A stretch of DNA of 64,000 bases from Octopus bimaculoides (GCF_001194135.2 NC_068992.1:37611763-37675762); one strand, 5' to 3'. Shown: positions 1-14,060, numbered from the stretch's first letter. The notes: generated from the letters alone by a model not told the origin. Made by a program: numbers and translations.

Positions 1-667
1 TAATTTTTAAATAGAATGGTTTGGTGGATTTTGGGAATAGTACACCTACATAAGTTGGATTGTCCACATTTTTTTCCCACACACCCTTGCAAATGATGGG
101 GGAAAACTATTTATGAAGAAATTTATTTTAAATTTATGAATCCCTCCTCTCTCCCTTTTGGACTGACTCTGTATAATGTTTATCCTTTTTTTATTGTGCT
201 ATGCACTTAAAAATGATGGGAAAAGCATTGAAGTTTTTAAAAAAATAATTTGGAAATCAGCAGTCACCATTACAATACCCATTTCCTTTATTTTCAAATA
301 GAAAATGAAATGTAATTTAAAAACAATAGTGCGTGCACACATACACACACCATAAATCCTAAAATTTTGGCTTTTCCAAAAATTTTTTTTAGTCATCATT
401 TTGAACTATGGACTGTCCAAATTTGCAATTTGTTTCTGCTTATAATTTCAAAATAATTTTCAGACGGAAAGGTGTGTGATTTAAAGGAGGTTTAGCTGTT
501 GTTTCTAGCACATCCCACATCCACCTGGTACCTCCTTTCTCATTTCTTTGTCACTCTGATACGTATTGATGTTTTTTCAATATTTTTCTCCCTGTAAACA
601 CATTTTATGGAATGATGATGCGGTGGTTCATTTAATCTAAATTGTTAATCCCCACATCACATGAACA

Positions 668-701
<34 letters not shown>

Positions 702-1145
702 ATGTGTAAGAAAAAACATATTTACTATCAGAAAAGTATGCTATTAAAATGAATCATCTTTTACATATTTTTTTTTTAAATCACCATCACCCTAATGAAA
801 TTTCTTACACACATGTACACATACACATTAACAAACATACACATTCAGCATGAGCTATATACTTTTATAGAGAGTGAGAGAGAGTATGGTAAATATATAG
901 GGGTGGGGTACTATGAGAAAAGCAAAAAAGGAAAAAGATAGACAGTGAGATCTTTCATGTTGCTGTCACAGAGTTTGAAACTTTAAAATTAAGTGGAAGT
1001 TTTCAAATTTGGTAAATCGATGAACTTTTTCACACTGAATCCAAGTTTGTGATTCATTTATTTGAGAAAAGTTTAAGAAAAGTATCACAGATTTAAAGTT
1101 TGATCATTTGTACCTGATCGGAAAAAAAGGATTTGTGTGTAATCA

Positions 1146-1625
1146 CCATCATCATTTAACGTCCGTTTTCCATGATGGCATGGGTTGGACGGTTTGACTG
1201 GGGTCTGGGAAGCTGCAGGAGGCTACACCAGGCTCCAGTCTGATCTGGCAGTGTTTCTACAGCTGGATGCCCTTCCTAATGCCAACTACTTCAAGAGTGT
1301 AGTGGGTGCTTTTTTATATGCCACTGGCACAGGGGCCAGAGGTAGATCGCATTGACCACGATCGGATGGTGCTTTTTATGTGCCACTGGCATGGGAGCCA
1401 GTCAAGGTGACACTGGCATTGGCCACGTTCAGATGGCACAGGGACCACAACTACAGTTTTCATTTGATTTTGATTTGATTTGATTTTAATTTTGATGTAC
1501 TTGACTCAATAGGTCTTCTCAAGCACGGCATGTTGCCCTACAATCCAAGGTACATTTTGAGTGGGCTGGTTATGTGACACTGGTGTAGGTTACAGATGTG
1601 AACTCACTTTATTTGCCAGGTCTAG
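1146..1625 (-). mobile_element. 3' UTR/tail fragment of RTE-clade LINE
   Basis: Reverse complement matches the RTE tails at 7080-7340 and 19290-19610 (ggcattaggaagggcatccagc...catggaaaacggacgttaaatgatgat). Confidence 0.8.
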
Positions 1626-1948
1626 CTATCAAAAATAAAAGTAAACAGAAGTTTTAAACAAAATGAAAGCAATGCAAGAAGATAATACACACACACACAG
1701 TGATAACAAGAGTGGTAACTAATAGAGAGATGGACTGATGATGATAGATAGAGAGTGGGTGAGTTGTCAATCTAAAAGTTGAGTTATTTCTCATAGAAAA
1801 TTATAATTTTTTTATTGTTATTTACAGACACCCTTCTCTTTGTGATGCAGATTTTGAAACTTAAATTTGTTTTTCTTGAAGATGCACTGTCTTAGAGCCT
1901 CTTTGGGCTAAACACACATATATAACCATATACACCTACATTTATATA

Positions 1949-4152
1949 TCAGGCCATCCCATAAGCATTGTCCGAAATATCATATATGTAATTTCTATGA
2001 AATTTTACAGTATTCTAAAATGTCTAATGGTATTGATTGATATTCTTATAAATTTGGAAGCCTTTAACTTAATATATTTTCTTTTTACAGTATAACTTGA
2101 ATGAATTTATAACTAATACAGACAGGACAGACGTTTTTGAAATGGCTATTACTCAGTCCTATGGGGAGGGACATATGTCCAACAAGTACTTATCAGTCTG
2201 TGGTGTCTTAGCATTTTTTTTTAGGTGAAGCCACGGCAGTGTGGATGATAGAGCATCACGTGTTTGCCTATGACAGTTACATGAGGAATAACAAGTCTAT
2301 CACAGCAGTTCGGCATGAGCTTCGACATCACTTCAACATTTCCCGAAATCAGGCTGATTCCACCTGTAACACAATCTTACATTGGGTGAATGCACTTCAT
2401 ACATGAGGTACACTAATGAATAGGAGACCAGAAAATGTGGAACATGTCAGAAAAGCTTTGATACAAAATTTGAATCACTCTGCTCGGAGGCATTCCACTG
2501 AACTTGGCATCAGTAATCGATCAGTAGGGCGTATTTTGCATGGAGACCTGCATTTCTAACTGTGCAAATTAGTCATTGGACAACAGTTGAAACCATCAGA
2601 CTATGCATAATGGCTTAACTTCGCACGTCAGATGGAAGCAATTTTTGAGACAAATGACAACTTCATTTTGTTAACGAGTGATGAAGCTCATTTTCATCTC
2701 AGTAGCATGGGGAATCAACAGAACAGTCATTACTGGGCTCTTGAAAATCCAAGAGAACTGCACAAAAGACCACTGCACAGACCAAAAGTGATGGTCTGGT
2801 GTGCTGTTGGAAAAGCTGCCGTTATTGGTCCTTAGTTTTTTGAAGACAATAATGTGAACTCCATGAATTCTGAGCATTACATTGAAATGATAAACAAATA
2901 CTTTGTGCCTGAATTACAACAAATACGTACACCTATTTAACGTGTGTGGTTTCAGCAGGGTGGGGTGACAGCCCATACAGCCAGAGTATCAATGGACATT
3001 CTTTGCCTTCTTTTTGGTAACCACCTCAATTACAGGTTTGCTGGCATTCTTTATCCCCCTCGGTCCCCTGATTTATCCATGTGTGATTATTTCTTGTGGA
3101 GAAACCCCAAGGCACATGTGTAAAAAGAGGAACAATGCAGCAGAAGCAACCCAGAACATCCATTCAGTTTATGGGGAAGTGTGCTTGAATAAAAAAAGTT
3201 GTAAAAGATGGTTTGCAAAGTTCAAAAATAGTGATTTCAGCCTGAGAGAGAGGCCACAAACAGGACGCCTATTGAATTTGATGATGTGCTTCTTTTGCCA
3301 GAGCTTAAGAAGGATAATACAGTGTCAGTTGAAGTATTGGCAAGCAAGCTCAGTTCAACCATTCAACTGTTCACTGCCATCTTCAACAGCTTGGAAAGGT
3401 GCCCAAATTCAGAAAATGATTCCCCATGAATTGACAGAGGCCAATCAAAATCACAAGTGGACATCTACTCAGCTCCTCACTCTTGTGAACGTATCTCATC
3501 ATTTTTGGACAGATTAGTGACTGGTGATGAAAAATGAATTTTTTTGATGAAAATGTTAAATGACGCAGGCAATGGCTTGTTAAACCACAACTAAAACAGG
3601 ATCTCCATGCAAAAAAGGTTCTTTCCATTTGGTGGGGTTGCATTAAAGTCATCCACTTTGAGTTGTTAGCAACTAATGCAACAATTATTGTTCACACCTA
3701 TTGCCAACTATTAGAGCATTTGGATGCTGCTTTGAAGAAAAAAAGCCTGCTTTAGCAAATCGTAAGGAAGTAGTGTTTCATTATGATAATGCAAGGCCCC
3801 ACAATACAAAGATTACATCAGAAAAAAATCAAAAAATTTGACTGGGAAAAAATCCCTCACCTGCCTTATTCCCCAAGCCTCACTGCTTCTTATTGCCATT
3901 TGTTTCAAAGCTTACAGAATCATGTAAATGGATAAGAACTCAAAAGCCCCAAACAAGTCAAAACTGACCTCTCTCCCTTTTTCTCATCAAAATGAGTTTT
4001 TCAACTACGGAATTAAAAAACTGATGCATAGATGGAAGGAAGTCACTGATAATGACATAAATTATACACAGGATTAAATTTTAATAAAATGTAAAATTAG
4101 ATCACTTTTTTCCTTTACCCAAAATTTAGATATTATTTATGGTATGACCTGA
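1949..4152 (+). mobile_element. Decayed mariner transposon containing a foreign Tc1-like segment
   Basis: Imperfect TIRs tcaggccatcccataa (1949) and ttatggtatgacctga (to 4152), both flanked by TA. Transposase remnants 3118-4060: KKRNNAAEATQNI, CKRWFAKFK, IVTGDEK, HYDNARPH, LPYSP-like. Confidence 0.8.
2240..3120 (+). mobile_element. Tc1/mariner-superfamily transposase pseudogene (DUF4817/Tc3-like type), no TIRs seen
   Basis: Remnants HVFAYDSY, SDEAHFHL, QQNSHYWA, KVMVWCAV, WFQQGG, PRSPDLS..DYFLW. Confidence 0.75.
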
Positions 4153-4489
4153 TAGTAGACTATAATGAAAGATACGAGATCAAAGAAAGAAGTAAAATGT
4201 TGGAGTGCTACAGCAACAGTTAACTTAACATAACTAGCCCCAGCTTGAGAAAATAAAAAGATTACAAACACAAAATTTCATTTATGAATGATCACTTGTA
4301 TGAGCAATGTTAAGGATGAGATTGTTGAAAAAAACTGTGCAATGAAAGTCTTCAGTCTATTGTAAAAATTATCAGGTTGAGTAAAATGTAAGCAACATAT
4401 TGAACCATGAAGAATTTGTATCAGATTTTTGAAGAGTTTTGAATTTTTTTTTACATTTTTTTGCAACTGAATGATAATACAGGCATAGG

Positions 4490-5600
4490 CTTGCCTAAAT
4501 GCATCAATAATTTAACATTGATATTTTTGTTCTGTTGTTACAATCATCTGAAATGGAACTGTCAAAGTGTAATATTCAAGCTATTCAAAAGTACTATTTG
4601 AAGTACTTTTTTTTTATGTACTGCTTGTGATATCAATGAAACGTTCGGTGAAGAAATGGTTTAAACAATTTTGCAGTAGTGATCTGAGCCTTGAAGATTG
4701 TGAGCATAGTAGATGACCATCTGTCATTGATGACAGTCAATTAAAGACCATGATTGAGAAGGATCCACATAAAACCACTCAAGAACTGACAAAAGAACTT
4801 CAAGTTAACCAGAAAACTGCCTGCAACCATTTGCATGTGATCAGAAAATCAAAAAAGAAAATCAAATGAGTACCACACGATTTAAATGAAAATCAGAAAA
4901 TGTGCAGATATGAAATTTGCTCAGTTCTTCTCCATAACCAGACCAATCCATTTCTCAACCATATCGTAACTTGTAATGAACAGCGGATTTTGTATAATAA
5001 TAAAAAACGTTCTTTGCGTATAATAATAAAAAACGTTCTTGAACCAAAATGAAGCACCAAAAACCTTTCCTACACCTGAGCTCTTCAAAAAGAAGGTTAT
5101 GGTGACTGCTTGATGGTGTACTGCTGGACTCATCCACTATAACTCATCCACTTAAAACTTGGAACACCATTACAGGAGAAACATATTGCCATGAAATTGC
5201 TAAAATAAACAAAAACCTGCTACTCCTCCATCCCAGACTGGTCAACAGAAGAGGGCCAATCATTCTTCATGACAATACTTGACCACACATTTCACTAATG
5301 AAGCTGCAGAAGTTGAGGGAACTTGGCTACAAAGTTCTTCCCCACCTGGCTTATTCCCCAGACCTTTCACACTTTTCAAGTACTTCGATGGTTTCCTGCA
5401 AGAGTTCCTGAAAGAGTTCAAAAATCAAACCAGTGCTGAAAGTGTGTTCAAAGAGATCATCAGCTCCAGAACTCCAGATTTTAATGTTACCGGAATAAAC
5501 AAACTTGTAACTTGTTGGAAAAAATGTGTTGATTGTAATGGTACTTACTTTGATTAATAACATTTCTGCATTATTGAAATATATTGTGATGAATTTCATA
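4490..5600 (+). mobile_element. Decayed mariner transposon
   Basis: ATG at 4553 (MELSKCNIQAI). Remnants VPHDLNENQK, IVTCNEQRILYNN, HDNT, YSPDL. Many stops; TIRs not resolved. Confidence 0.75.
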
Positions 5601-6239
5601 GTTTATTCATGTAATATGATTCCACGACACTCTACCTCTAGCAAATGGTAAAAAAAAATGATAGGAAGATAACAAATGAAGTAGGGAGAAAGTGGGTGGA
5701 AAACGCTTGATGACTAAGAAATATGGAGAGAAAATTGCATCTCATGTTCAATTAGTCTTTTGATCATCAGTGGATATATACTGTTCACCAAAGGTTGGTT
5801 GAATGAAATGTTTATTTGGAGATATGATTCACATGCTTATTCACACATATGGGAAGGTAACAGTATAGGGTAGGTGGTGTGGTCAAACTTCTTGCTGAGA
5901 AATAGGTGGATAAGGTCATAGAGGTAGTTAAAGTGTGATAGAGTACTTAAGCTCAGGATAGTCTTGCAGAATAGTATAGCTACAATTATATCTGCCTATG
6001 CCTCACAAGCAGGCAAATGATCTACCAAATGATCTTTTGCAAGCTACCTCAAAGACAAGTGACAATGATCTCATCTCCATGGCATGGGAGCCATATATTT
6101 GGTTCCCAAAATGAGGAGCGAACAAGGCTGCTAGAGCTCTGTGATATGAATGACTTAATGATCTGCAACACAAGCTTAAGGAAATCAGCCAGTCACCAGA
6201 TAACCTATAAACCACGCTAGACAGATTAACTACATACTC

Positions 6240-6366
6240 ATTTCTTTATTGCCCACAAGGGGCTAAACATAGAGAGGACAGACAAAGGGATTAAGTCGAT
6301 TATATTGACCCCAGTGCGTAACTGGTACTTAATTTATCAACCCCGAAAGGATGAAAGGCAAAGTTC
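6240..6366 (-). mobile_element. 3' half of tRNA-type SINE between the two RTE pieces
   Basis: Reverse complement gives ctttgcctttcatcctttcggggttgataaattaagtaccag...cccttgtgggcaataaagaaa, overlapping the head fragment at 25905-26010. Confidence 0.65.
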
Positions 6367-6903
6367 AGAGGGTTCCTACCCCTGCTGGCAACAAAGGGCC
6401 TCTCTCTCAGAGTGAATGGCAGATTGTTTGATGCCTATGTGCAAACAGCTATGCTGAATGGCAGTGAAACATGGGCTATGACAGCTGAGGAGATGAGTAG
6501 GCTTGAAATAAATGAAGCCAATATGCTTCACTGGATGTGCAATATCAGTGTACATGTTCAACAGAGTATCTCAATCCCTTACCTGGTGGTCAGAGAAAAG
6601 TTAGGCATAAGAGGAATCAGATGTGGTGTGCAAGAAAAACAACTTTCTGGTATGGTCATCTGATGTGCATGGATGAGGACAGCTGTGTAAAGAAATGTTG
6701 ATCTCTAACTGTGGTGGAAACCTGTGGTAGAGGTAGACCCAAGAAGACATGGGATGAGGTGGTGAAGCATGATCTTTGAACTTTGAGACTCACAGAGGTG
6801 ACCGAGACATTTGGCAATGTGCTGTGCTTGAGAGGACCCATCAAGCCAAGTGCACCTGTGCTGGTGGCATGTAAAGAACATCTTTTGAACGTTGGGCTTC
6901 ACA

Positions 6904-7036
6904 GAGGCAAAGTGGCTGAGTTCCTCTTATGCATTGGGCCTGATGGAAGCAAAGTGGCTGAGTTCCTTTTGAGCATCGGGCCTCATGGAGGCAAAATGGC
7001 TGAGTTCCTTTTGAGGGTTGGGCCCCATGGAGGCAA
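6904..7036. repeat. 42-bp minisatellite (3 units plus a partial) in the RTE 3' region
   Basis: Units like gaggcaaagtggctgagttccttttgagcatcgggcctcatg at 6904, 6946 and 6988. Confidence 0.9.
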
Positions 7037-8684
7037 TGACCAAGACCTTTGGCATTATGTCATGCTTGTGAAGAAGACCCATCAAGCCAAATAAAATAGC
7101 AGTCATGGCAGATACCAGTGTCGTGCAAATTAGCCCCCATACTGGTGGCATGTGGATGCACCCCGGTGTTACACAAAGCACCCAATAAACTCTCAGAGTG
7201 GCTGGCATTAGGAAGGGCATCCAGCCATAGAAAACCATGCCAAATCAGACTGGAGTCTGGTGTAGCCTTCCTTCATGCCAGCCCAGTCAAACCATCCAGC
7301 CCATGCCAGCATGGACAACGGACGTTAAATGATGATAACAATGATGATGACACACATGTACATGCACACACACAAATGAAGGATAGACTTACAAATAGAT
7401 GGATGGACGAATGGACGGATGGACAGATGGATGAATGGATGGATGAAGGGACCAATCAATCAATGAATAGATATACACATGTGTAGGTATGCATATGGTT
7501 TTCTATTTGTATGTATATCAACAACTTCAGAAATCTAAATTAATAACTGCTAAGCTCTAACTAAAACTTTGTTAAATTGTAACTTGCTTCCACTTATACT
7601 TTTTAATTAAAAATTTGACAAGAGCTGTATCATGATTCACTGACACAAATAGCACATTTGATTATATTTCTATTTTTCTCCCCAAGGAATGAATATGATA
7701 TGTCTGTTCAAATTCAGGCAACTAGAAAAAATGATAAAAATTCATTCAATATTACAGAAATGCTATTTCAAATATTCATTTAACAGAATATTCTAAATTG
7801 TATCATGTTTATGATTAGAGCTTTCTTTTATTTCTCTTTTTATCTTTCATTTGTTTGATTCTTTCTTTTTAAAGAAGAAAGAAGAAAAATCTGTTTTCTC
7901 AAAGATATTCAACAGCTACAACAAAGCTTAGTGATTGTGTGTTACAAAAATATAAAAAAGGATACTAAATATGATAAATACTCCACTTGACAAGTATATA
8001 ATAGTGTTGAAAAGAAAAGCAAACAAAGTATCTTTAAACCATACATCTGCAACTGAACTTTCCATATTGTTTGTACTTTGCTTACTTTTAACATTTTATC
8101 TGTCTAGATTAACTAAAATTCCCAACCAAGCCTTCAAATTAATAAGACATTTATTTTCCTCTTCTTATTTAAGTTTTTGTTTTTTATTTCAAGAGCTTTC
8201 TCGTGTGTATTAAGTACATCAGTACAAGTTGTCAATAGCAGACATTTTTAAACTGCATGACAGAAAGAGGTCATCTAATCATTAAAAAAATTTTTTTTTA
8301 TATTTTCAAGGATTCAACCTCCAATATTTTCAATTGAAACTTTAATTATTTTAAAAATACGGCTGTGGTCCCACAAAACAGATTTATCAAAGGCTCAAAC
8401 TAGAATTCTTTAACCATGTATTCTTCAAATTTGAGATTTAAGTGAAAGATATAAAAATGGAAATGACTCTGTAACTTCAAAAACAGTTTCAACTAATTAT
8501 GGATGAATAGCATAGAACCAAACTCTAGCTATTTTTCATCTTGTAATATATTATTTTTTTCCTGTTTGTTGGCTACATAGGAAAATGTTCATACAAAATA
8601 TAAATTATTGGATATCTATTCAGCTTTGATCAAATTATTACCACTCTATACCTAATATTGAGTACTTCTCATTGTACATATATG

Positions 8685-9926
8685 TTGGTTTGGCCAAAAT
8701 GTTTCTTTGGTTTTTTTCCTTTGTGCATACATACTCCTTAGATACCTGACATCATTCACTTTTATCTCTAGTACATGCATACTTGTTGGATAGCTAACAC
8801 AGTTCAATGCAAACTTGTAATAGGACAGGTTGTATTTTATATACTTGATATCACCTGAAAAAGGAGAACCAAAACAAACATTATTGACACATGCTTTTTC
8901 TTATTTTCAATAAAGCAATAAAGCAGTAGGAATCAGCAGGAAGATGTGTCCTGTATATAGAGAGGATGCTGTTATTGAACACATGCTTCAAAAGCAGTTT
9001 TTAAGATTTCAATCAAGAAATTTTTCACTTCAAAATGCACATCACTCTGGCCAGCCAACAGAGACAAAGTGAAGGAGTTAGTCAAGAGACCAAACTCTGT
9101 TATACGACCAGGATGATTGTAGATATTCTCCAAATGCCCAAATCAAGTGTTGAAAACTATCTGCATCAATTTGATTATGTCAACAGGTTCAATGTTTGTG
9201 TACCACAGCAACTGAATGAGGAGAATATAGCCAAATGAATGTCCATCCCTGATTCATTGCAGATGTGTGAAGAAAACAATCTCTTTTTTGAAGAGAATGG
9301 TGACAGGATGAAACATGGATTGTCTCTAACAATGTGGAGTGCAAACGATCATGTTTGGGAGGTAAGACAAATCACAGCAAACAACCTCCAAAACAGAACT
9401 TTGCCCAAGGGAGTTTATGTTTTCAATTTGATGGGATTGGAAGGGTGATGTCTTTTATGAGGTTATTTTCATGAACAAGACCATCAATTCGAATGTATAC
9501 AGTGACCAGCTGGACAAATTAAACACAGCAATCCATCTAAGGATATTGCCTTTAGTCACAACAATACCAGACTGCATACCTCTTTGGAGATGTAGTAGAC
9601 TTTACTAGGTCTAGAGGGGGAAGTTTTGTCTCACCCTTCATATTCACCTAACTAAGTGCCTTCACAGTTTCATCTGTTTTGGTATCTTCAAACTATTTTG
9701 AATGAACTGAGCTTCAACTCTGGATAGGATGTAAAAATTTACCTAGAAGAGTTCTTCACCAGTAAAAACAGGAAAGTTTTTGAGCAGGGGATAATGAATC
9801 TGCTCACAAGATGGCAGAAGATACTGAAACTAAGTGGCAATTATATCATTGATAAAATAAATTGCTTGAGGTTTAAAACTTCTGTCTTACTTTCTTTTAG
9901 AAACAGCAAATAAACTTTTTGGGTGA
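8685..9926 (+). mobile_element. Decayed mariner transposon
   Basis: Remnants KQFLRFQSRNFSL, HNNTRLH, HPSYSP, HLFWYLQ, RWQKIL. TIR-like ends ttggccaaaatgtttctttg and aaataaactttttgggtga; the right end abuts the Gypsy LTR. Confidence 0.7.
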
Positions 9927-12900
9927 TGTGGGGGTGAGCTGGAAGAAGAGGGCTATGTGGGAAATGTCAAGGGACTGACCGGATGAGGAAGCGTGAGAAG
10001 GGAAGTGCGGGGGGGACAGGGTCATCCACTTTTGGCCACCCGAGGCATCGCAAACGGACGTGAGGGACTTCGCTCTCAGGTTGGTGAGATAGCAGCTGCT
10101 TATACTGGGTAACAGGGTAGGGCAGAATCGCCGGAGTGACTACTACTAGATGGGTGCAGATGTGAGAAGAAGGTAGGTAAACCTCTTTTCATTTCCCATG
10201 CACAACAAGCTATTTCGGTAATTGTATACAGATATCATTGTCCCCTTGATATATGATGGCAGTGAAGATAAGGATCAGCAGTGATGTCATCAGACCTTTC
10301 TATGGCTAAGGTGATTCAAAAGGTCAAAGTTGTGGCCAGGCTACAAGGCATCAAAGATGTAGTGAGCCTCATGGCCCTGTATTTGGAGGGGAGTGTGCTG
10401 GCACTGTACCTCAAAATGGATGAAGAAGAACAGCTGAGCACGGCAAAGATCAAGTAACGCTTGAGAGAGGCTTACACACTGATGGAGAGTATACCACTTT
10501 TGCTAAGCTGGGAATGGTCAGATGGAGCAGGGAGCAGGTCAACAAATACACTGCAGAGGTACGGAGGCTGGTTGTGTCATTTGGTCTTACTGGTGAGGGA
10601 CTTGAGAAAGTAGCGTGACTGGCTTTTGTGAATGGTTTTCTTGACGACATGTCGGTGTGACTACGACAGTTGCTAGGCAGCAACAAAATGGCAATGAGTG
10701 AGCTCATCATTCAAGCCTACATGTTGACACAAAACATTGGACAGAAGGCTGTGGTGATGGCGGCTGCAGAAGCCCGCAAATCTGCATGACGGCTGGGGAA
10801 GGACAAAAAGAGGCCTGCTGTGGAACAACAGTGGCTGTTCACAGGCCGGTGTTTTAAGTACCAAGGACCACACATGGCAAAGAACTACACAGAGCCTGGA
10901 CCGGTTTGCTACCAGTGCAAACAAACTGGGCATATCGCCTGAAATTGTAGCCAGGGAAAAGTCCACGGGAAAGTTATCTCCCAAACCTCTCCTGCAAATG
11001 AGTAGAGGCGTTGGTGAAGTCACTGCCCGTAGTTGAGGTTATTAGTCAAGAGAAATAGATTCAAGGACCCCATGGACACGGGCTGCACGACAACTCTCAT
11101 GACCCTGAGAGTGACAAAGAAATGGAAGGGGGTGCGTAGCATTCAGGTGGTCAATGGCAGCAAAATCGAATGCAAAGCAGTGATGCGGATATAATGGTGC
11201 GAGGCACAACGCTATGGCTCTGGGTGATCCTGATCAATGTGGTAATGGGGATAGATGCAATCGACCACCTTGGAGGTGTCAGTGTTGGAGGAGACATAGT
11301 TTTGTTTGGTTCCGTGGAGGCATCGTGTGCTGAGTTGGGAATATGAGCAGGAGCAGAGCCTCGCAAGGAGCTGCACTGCCTACGCCATTGAAGACAAGGA
11401 TTTTTGGGGAGCGTTCAGAAGAGGTAGAGAAGTGGATTGAGGAAGGTGTCCCATGGAAAGAGGAGGTGGTGAGCAGAATACCACCTCTAATGACAGTGGT
11501 GCAGTCAACAAAGGGTAAAGTTAGACCAGTGTTGAACTTTTGGAAGATGAATGACCATGTATTGTGCCACACAGGTGGCGAAGCAACTGACGTCTGCGAA
11601 GAGATGCTGCATGTATGGAGGCAGTCAACTAAGGCGGTGACGATCGTTGACTTGAAGTCAGCATATTTGCAGCTCCATGTAAGTGACAAACTGTGACAGT
11701 ACCAACTGGTGCAATACAAGGGCCAGACATATTGTCTGACAAGGCTGGGTTTTGGGCTGAATTCTGTGTCAAAGATCATGGCGACAGTGGATAGGATAAG
11801 AAGGGTCACCAGTTCCTACATAGATGACATCCTAGTAGACGAGACTGTAGTGCTTGCCATAGCAGTTGTCAGACATTTGAAGAAATTCGGGTTGATTGTG
11901 AAGCCACCAGAGCCAATGGCTGGTGGAGCAGCACAGGCGAGGAAACAAAACAGGTAAGTTGGTGTTTCATAGGGGGAACGAGATCCAGGAGCAGGAGAAA
12001 ACTGTTCTCAATGTGCAGGAAGTTAGTAAGTCACTACACAATCACAGGGTAGCTGCATACAGCATGCAGTTACACCAGGAGATGAGTAGAAGGGGAGAAC
12101 TGGAGAGACAAGGTGGGAGAGAGGACGGTGGTGATGATATGAGAAATCCTGGAGAGGACAAGAGCGGAAGACCCAGTCAAAGGGAACTGGCATATGCCCA
12201 AATCGAATAGTGGGACTGTATGGTGTGATGCTAGCAGCATTGCGATAGTCATTGTGTTGGAAATTGGAGGTGCCAAAGTGGAAGATGCGGCCTGGCTTCG
12301 AAAAGCAGACAACTACAACCACATCAATGTCACTGAGTTAGAAGCAGTGCTGAAGGGAGTGAATCCAGCCCTGAAATGGGGGCTGTGCTCCAATAAAATC
12401 AGAACAGATTCATCTACTGTGTTTGGCTGAGTAGGATCGCTGAACACTGATGAGAATAGGGTGTGAACCAAAGGGGCTGTAGAAATGCTAGTGAAGTGTC
12501 GCCTAGGGATTCTAGGGGAGCTGATTGGCGAGTTCAGCCTGAAGCTGAATGTAGTCTTTGTGCCTTCAGAGAGAAACAAGGCAGATGCTCTAACCAGGGT
12601 AAAAAAGGCCTGGTTAGGGGAGTCGGAAGAATCAAAGCAAGGAGTAGCTATGGTGTGTCAGTTAAATGACTCCTAGCTAAGGAGACTGCATGCCATGGAT
12701 ATGGGCATGGATAGGACCCTGTATCTCGCCAGGAGGATTGACAATGACATTACCAGATGGAGCATCCAGAAGGTGGTCAGGAACTGCGAAAGGTGTCAAT
12801 CCATCGACCCTGCTCTGGGTGTGCATGAGCAGGGAAATGTTTTGGTAGAGCACAACTGGTGATGATTAGCAGTGGATGTAGCACACTACTGGCAGGGGAC

Positions 12901-13159
12901 GTATCTCTCAATGGTCGATTGTGGGCCGGGCCGGGCCGGATGACCATTTGGAGGGAAATGAGGACAGGTACTGTGGACAAGATGGCACATATTCTAAATG
13001 AGGTATTCTTAGAGTGGGGCCCTGTGGACGAATTGCTGTTGGACAACAGCACAGCATTTAATTTCAGAGTAGGGCAGGATCACCAGAGTGACCACTACTA
13101 GACAGGCGCAGACGAGAGAGGAAGGTAGGTGAACCTCTTTTCATTTCCCACACATGACA
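9927..13159 (+). mobile_element. Decayed Ty3/Gypsy LTR retrotransposon (gag-PR-RT-RH-IN) with truncated 3' LTR
   Basis: 5' LTR 9927-10207 (TG...CA); its last ~90 bp recur at 13066-13159. gag from ~10255 with CCHC knuckle (CYQCKQTGHIA), RT YIDD (~11817), RNase H VWCDAS, integrase CERCQ/VDVAHY. Multiple stops; no matching TSD seen. Confidence 0.88.
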
Positions 13160-14060
13160 TGTCGAGTAGGTTATGGCCTAGTCATTCACTCAGTTAATCA
13201 GGTTCCCCAGGAAGGAGTCATACCCAATGGCTAGTGTTGTAGAATACAAGCTGCTACAAGGGTAAAGTGGCTAGTGTTGTAGAATACAAGCTGCTACAAG
13301 GGTAAAGGAGACACCTTAAATAGAAGCAAATACAGAGGTATCAAACTGCTGGACTAGGTCATGAAAGTTACAGAGAGTGTTATAGTTCAATTGATTAGGA
13401 ACAGAATTAGATTAGATGAGATGCACTTTGGTTTTGTGAAAGGGAAGAATACAAGAGGTACCATCTTCGTAGTCAGACAGCTGAAGAGGTATCTAAGCAA
13501 ATGTAAGCTATTGTTCTTGGCTTCCATTGACCTGGAGAAAGCTTTTGACAGAGTCCCTTGTTCTGTTATCTGGTGGTTCCTAAGGAAGTTAGGAGTAGGA
13601 AAATGGCTTGTTAGAGCTGTACAAGCCATGCATAGGGTCAGTAGGGTGAAGTCAGCTATAAGTACAGTGATGAATTTAGTGTGCATGTAGGGGTTCAGTT
13701 CTCAGTCCCCTTATTCACCATAGTCCACCAGGCCATAACAGCAGAATTTAAAACTGGCTGTCCATAGAAACTATTTTCTGATGACCTTACTCTTATAGTA
13801 GAATCTGTAGCAGAATTGGAAAAGAAATTCCAAGTATGGAAACAAAACCTGGAATCAAAGGGTTTTAAAGTTACTCTAGCAAAGACCAAGTTGTTAACAA
13901 GAAAGTGGGTAAGACTCTGTTTCCATCAGGTAAATGGTCCTGCTCAATATGTAAGAACATTGTTGGAAAGGATTATATTCATTGCACCCAGAGCAAGCCA
14001 TAGATAAATAAGAAGTGCAACTGTAGATACATATTGATTGTAATAATGGAATGAACAGGT
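13160..14060 (+). mobile_element. RTE-clade LINE RT fragment
   Basis: MHFGFVKGKNTRGTIFVVRQL, IDLEKAFDRVP, FSDD. Perfect 40-bp tandem duplication at 13228-13307. Confidence 0.8.

Larger units (their letters stand above)
5760..7340 (+). mobile_element. Internally deleted RTE-clade LINE (APE fragment + RT C-terminus + 3' UTR)
   Basis: APE remnants (RLLELCDMNDLMICNT...HQITY); RT C-terminus (YVQTAMLNGSETW, GRGRPKKTWDEVVKHDL); tail ends in (gat)n. Confidence 0.8.
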
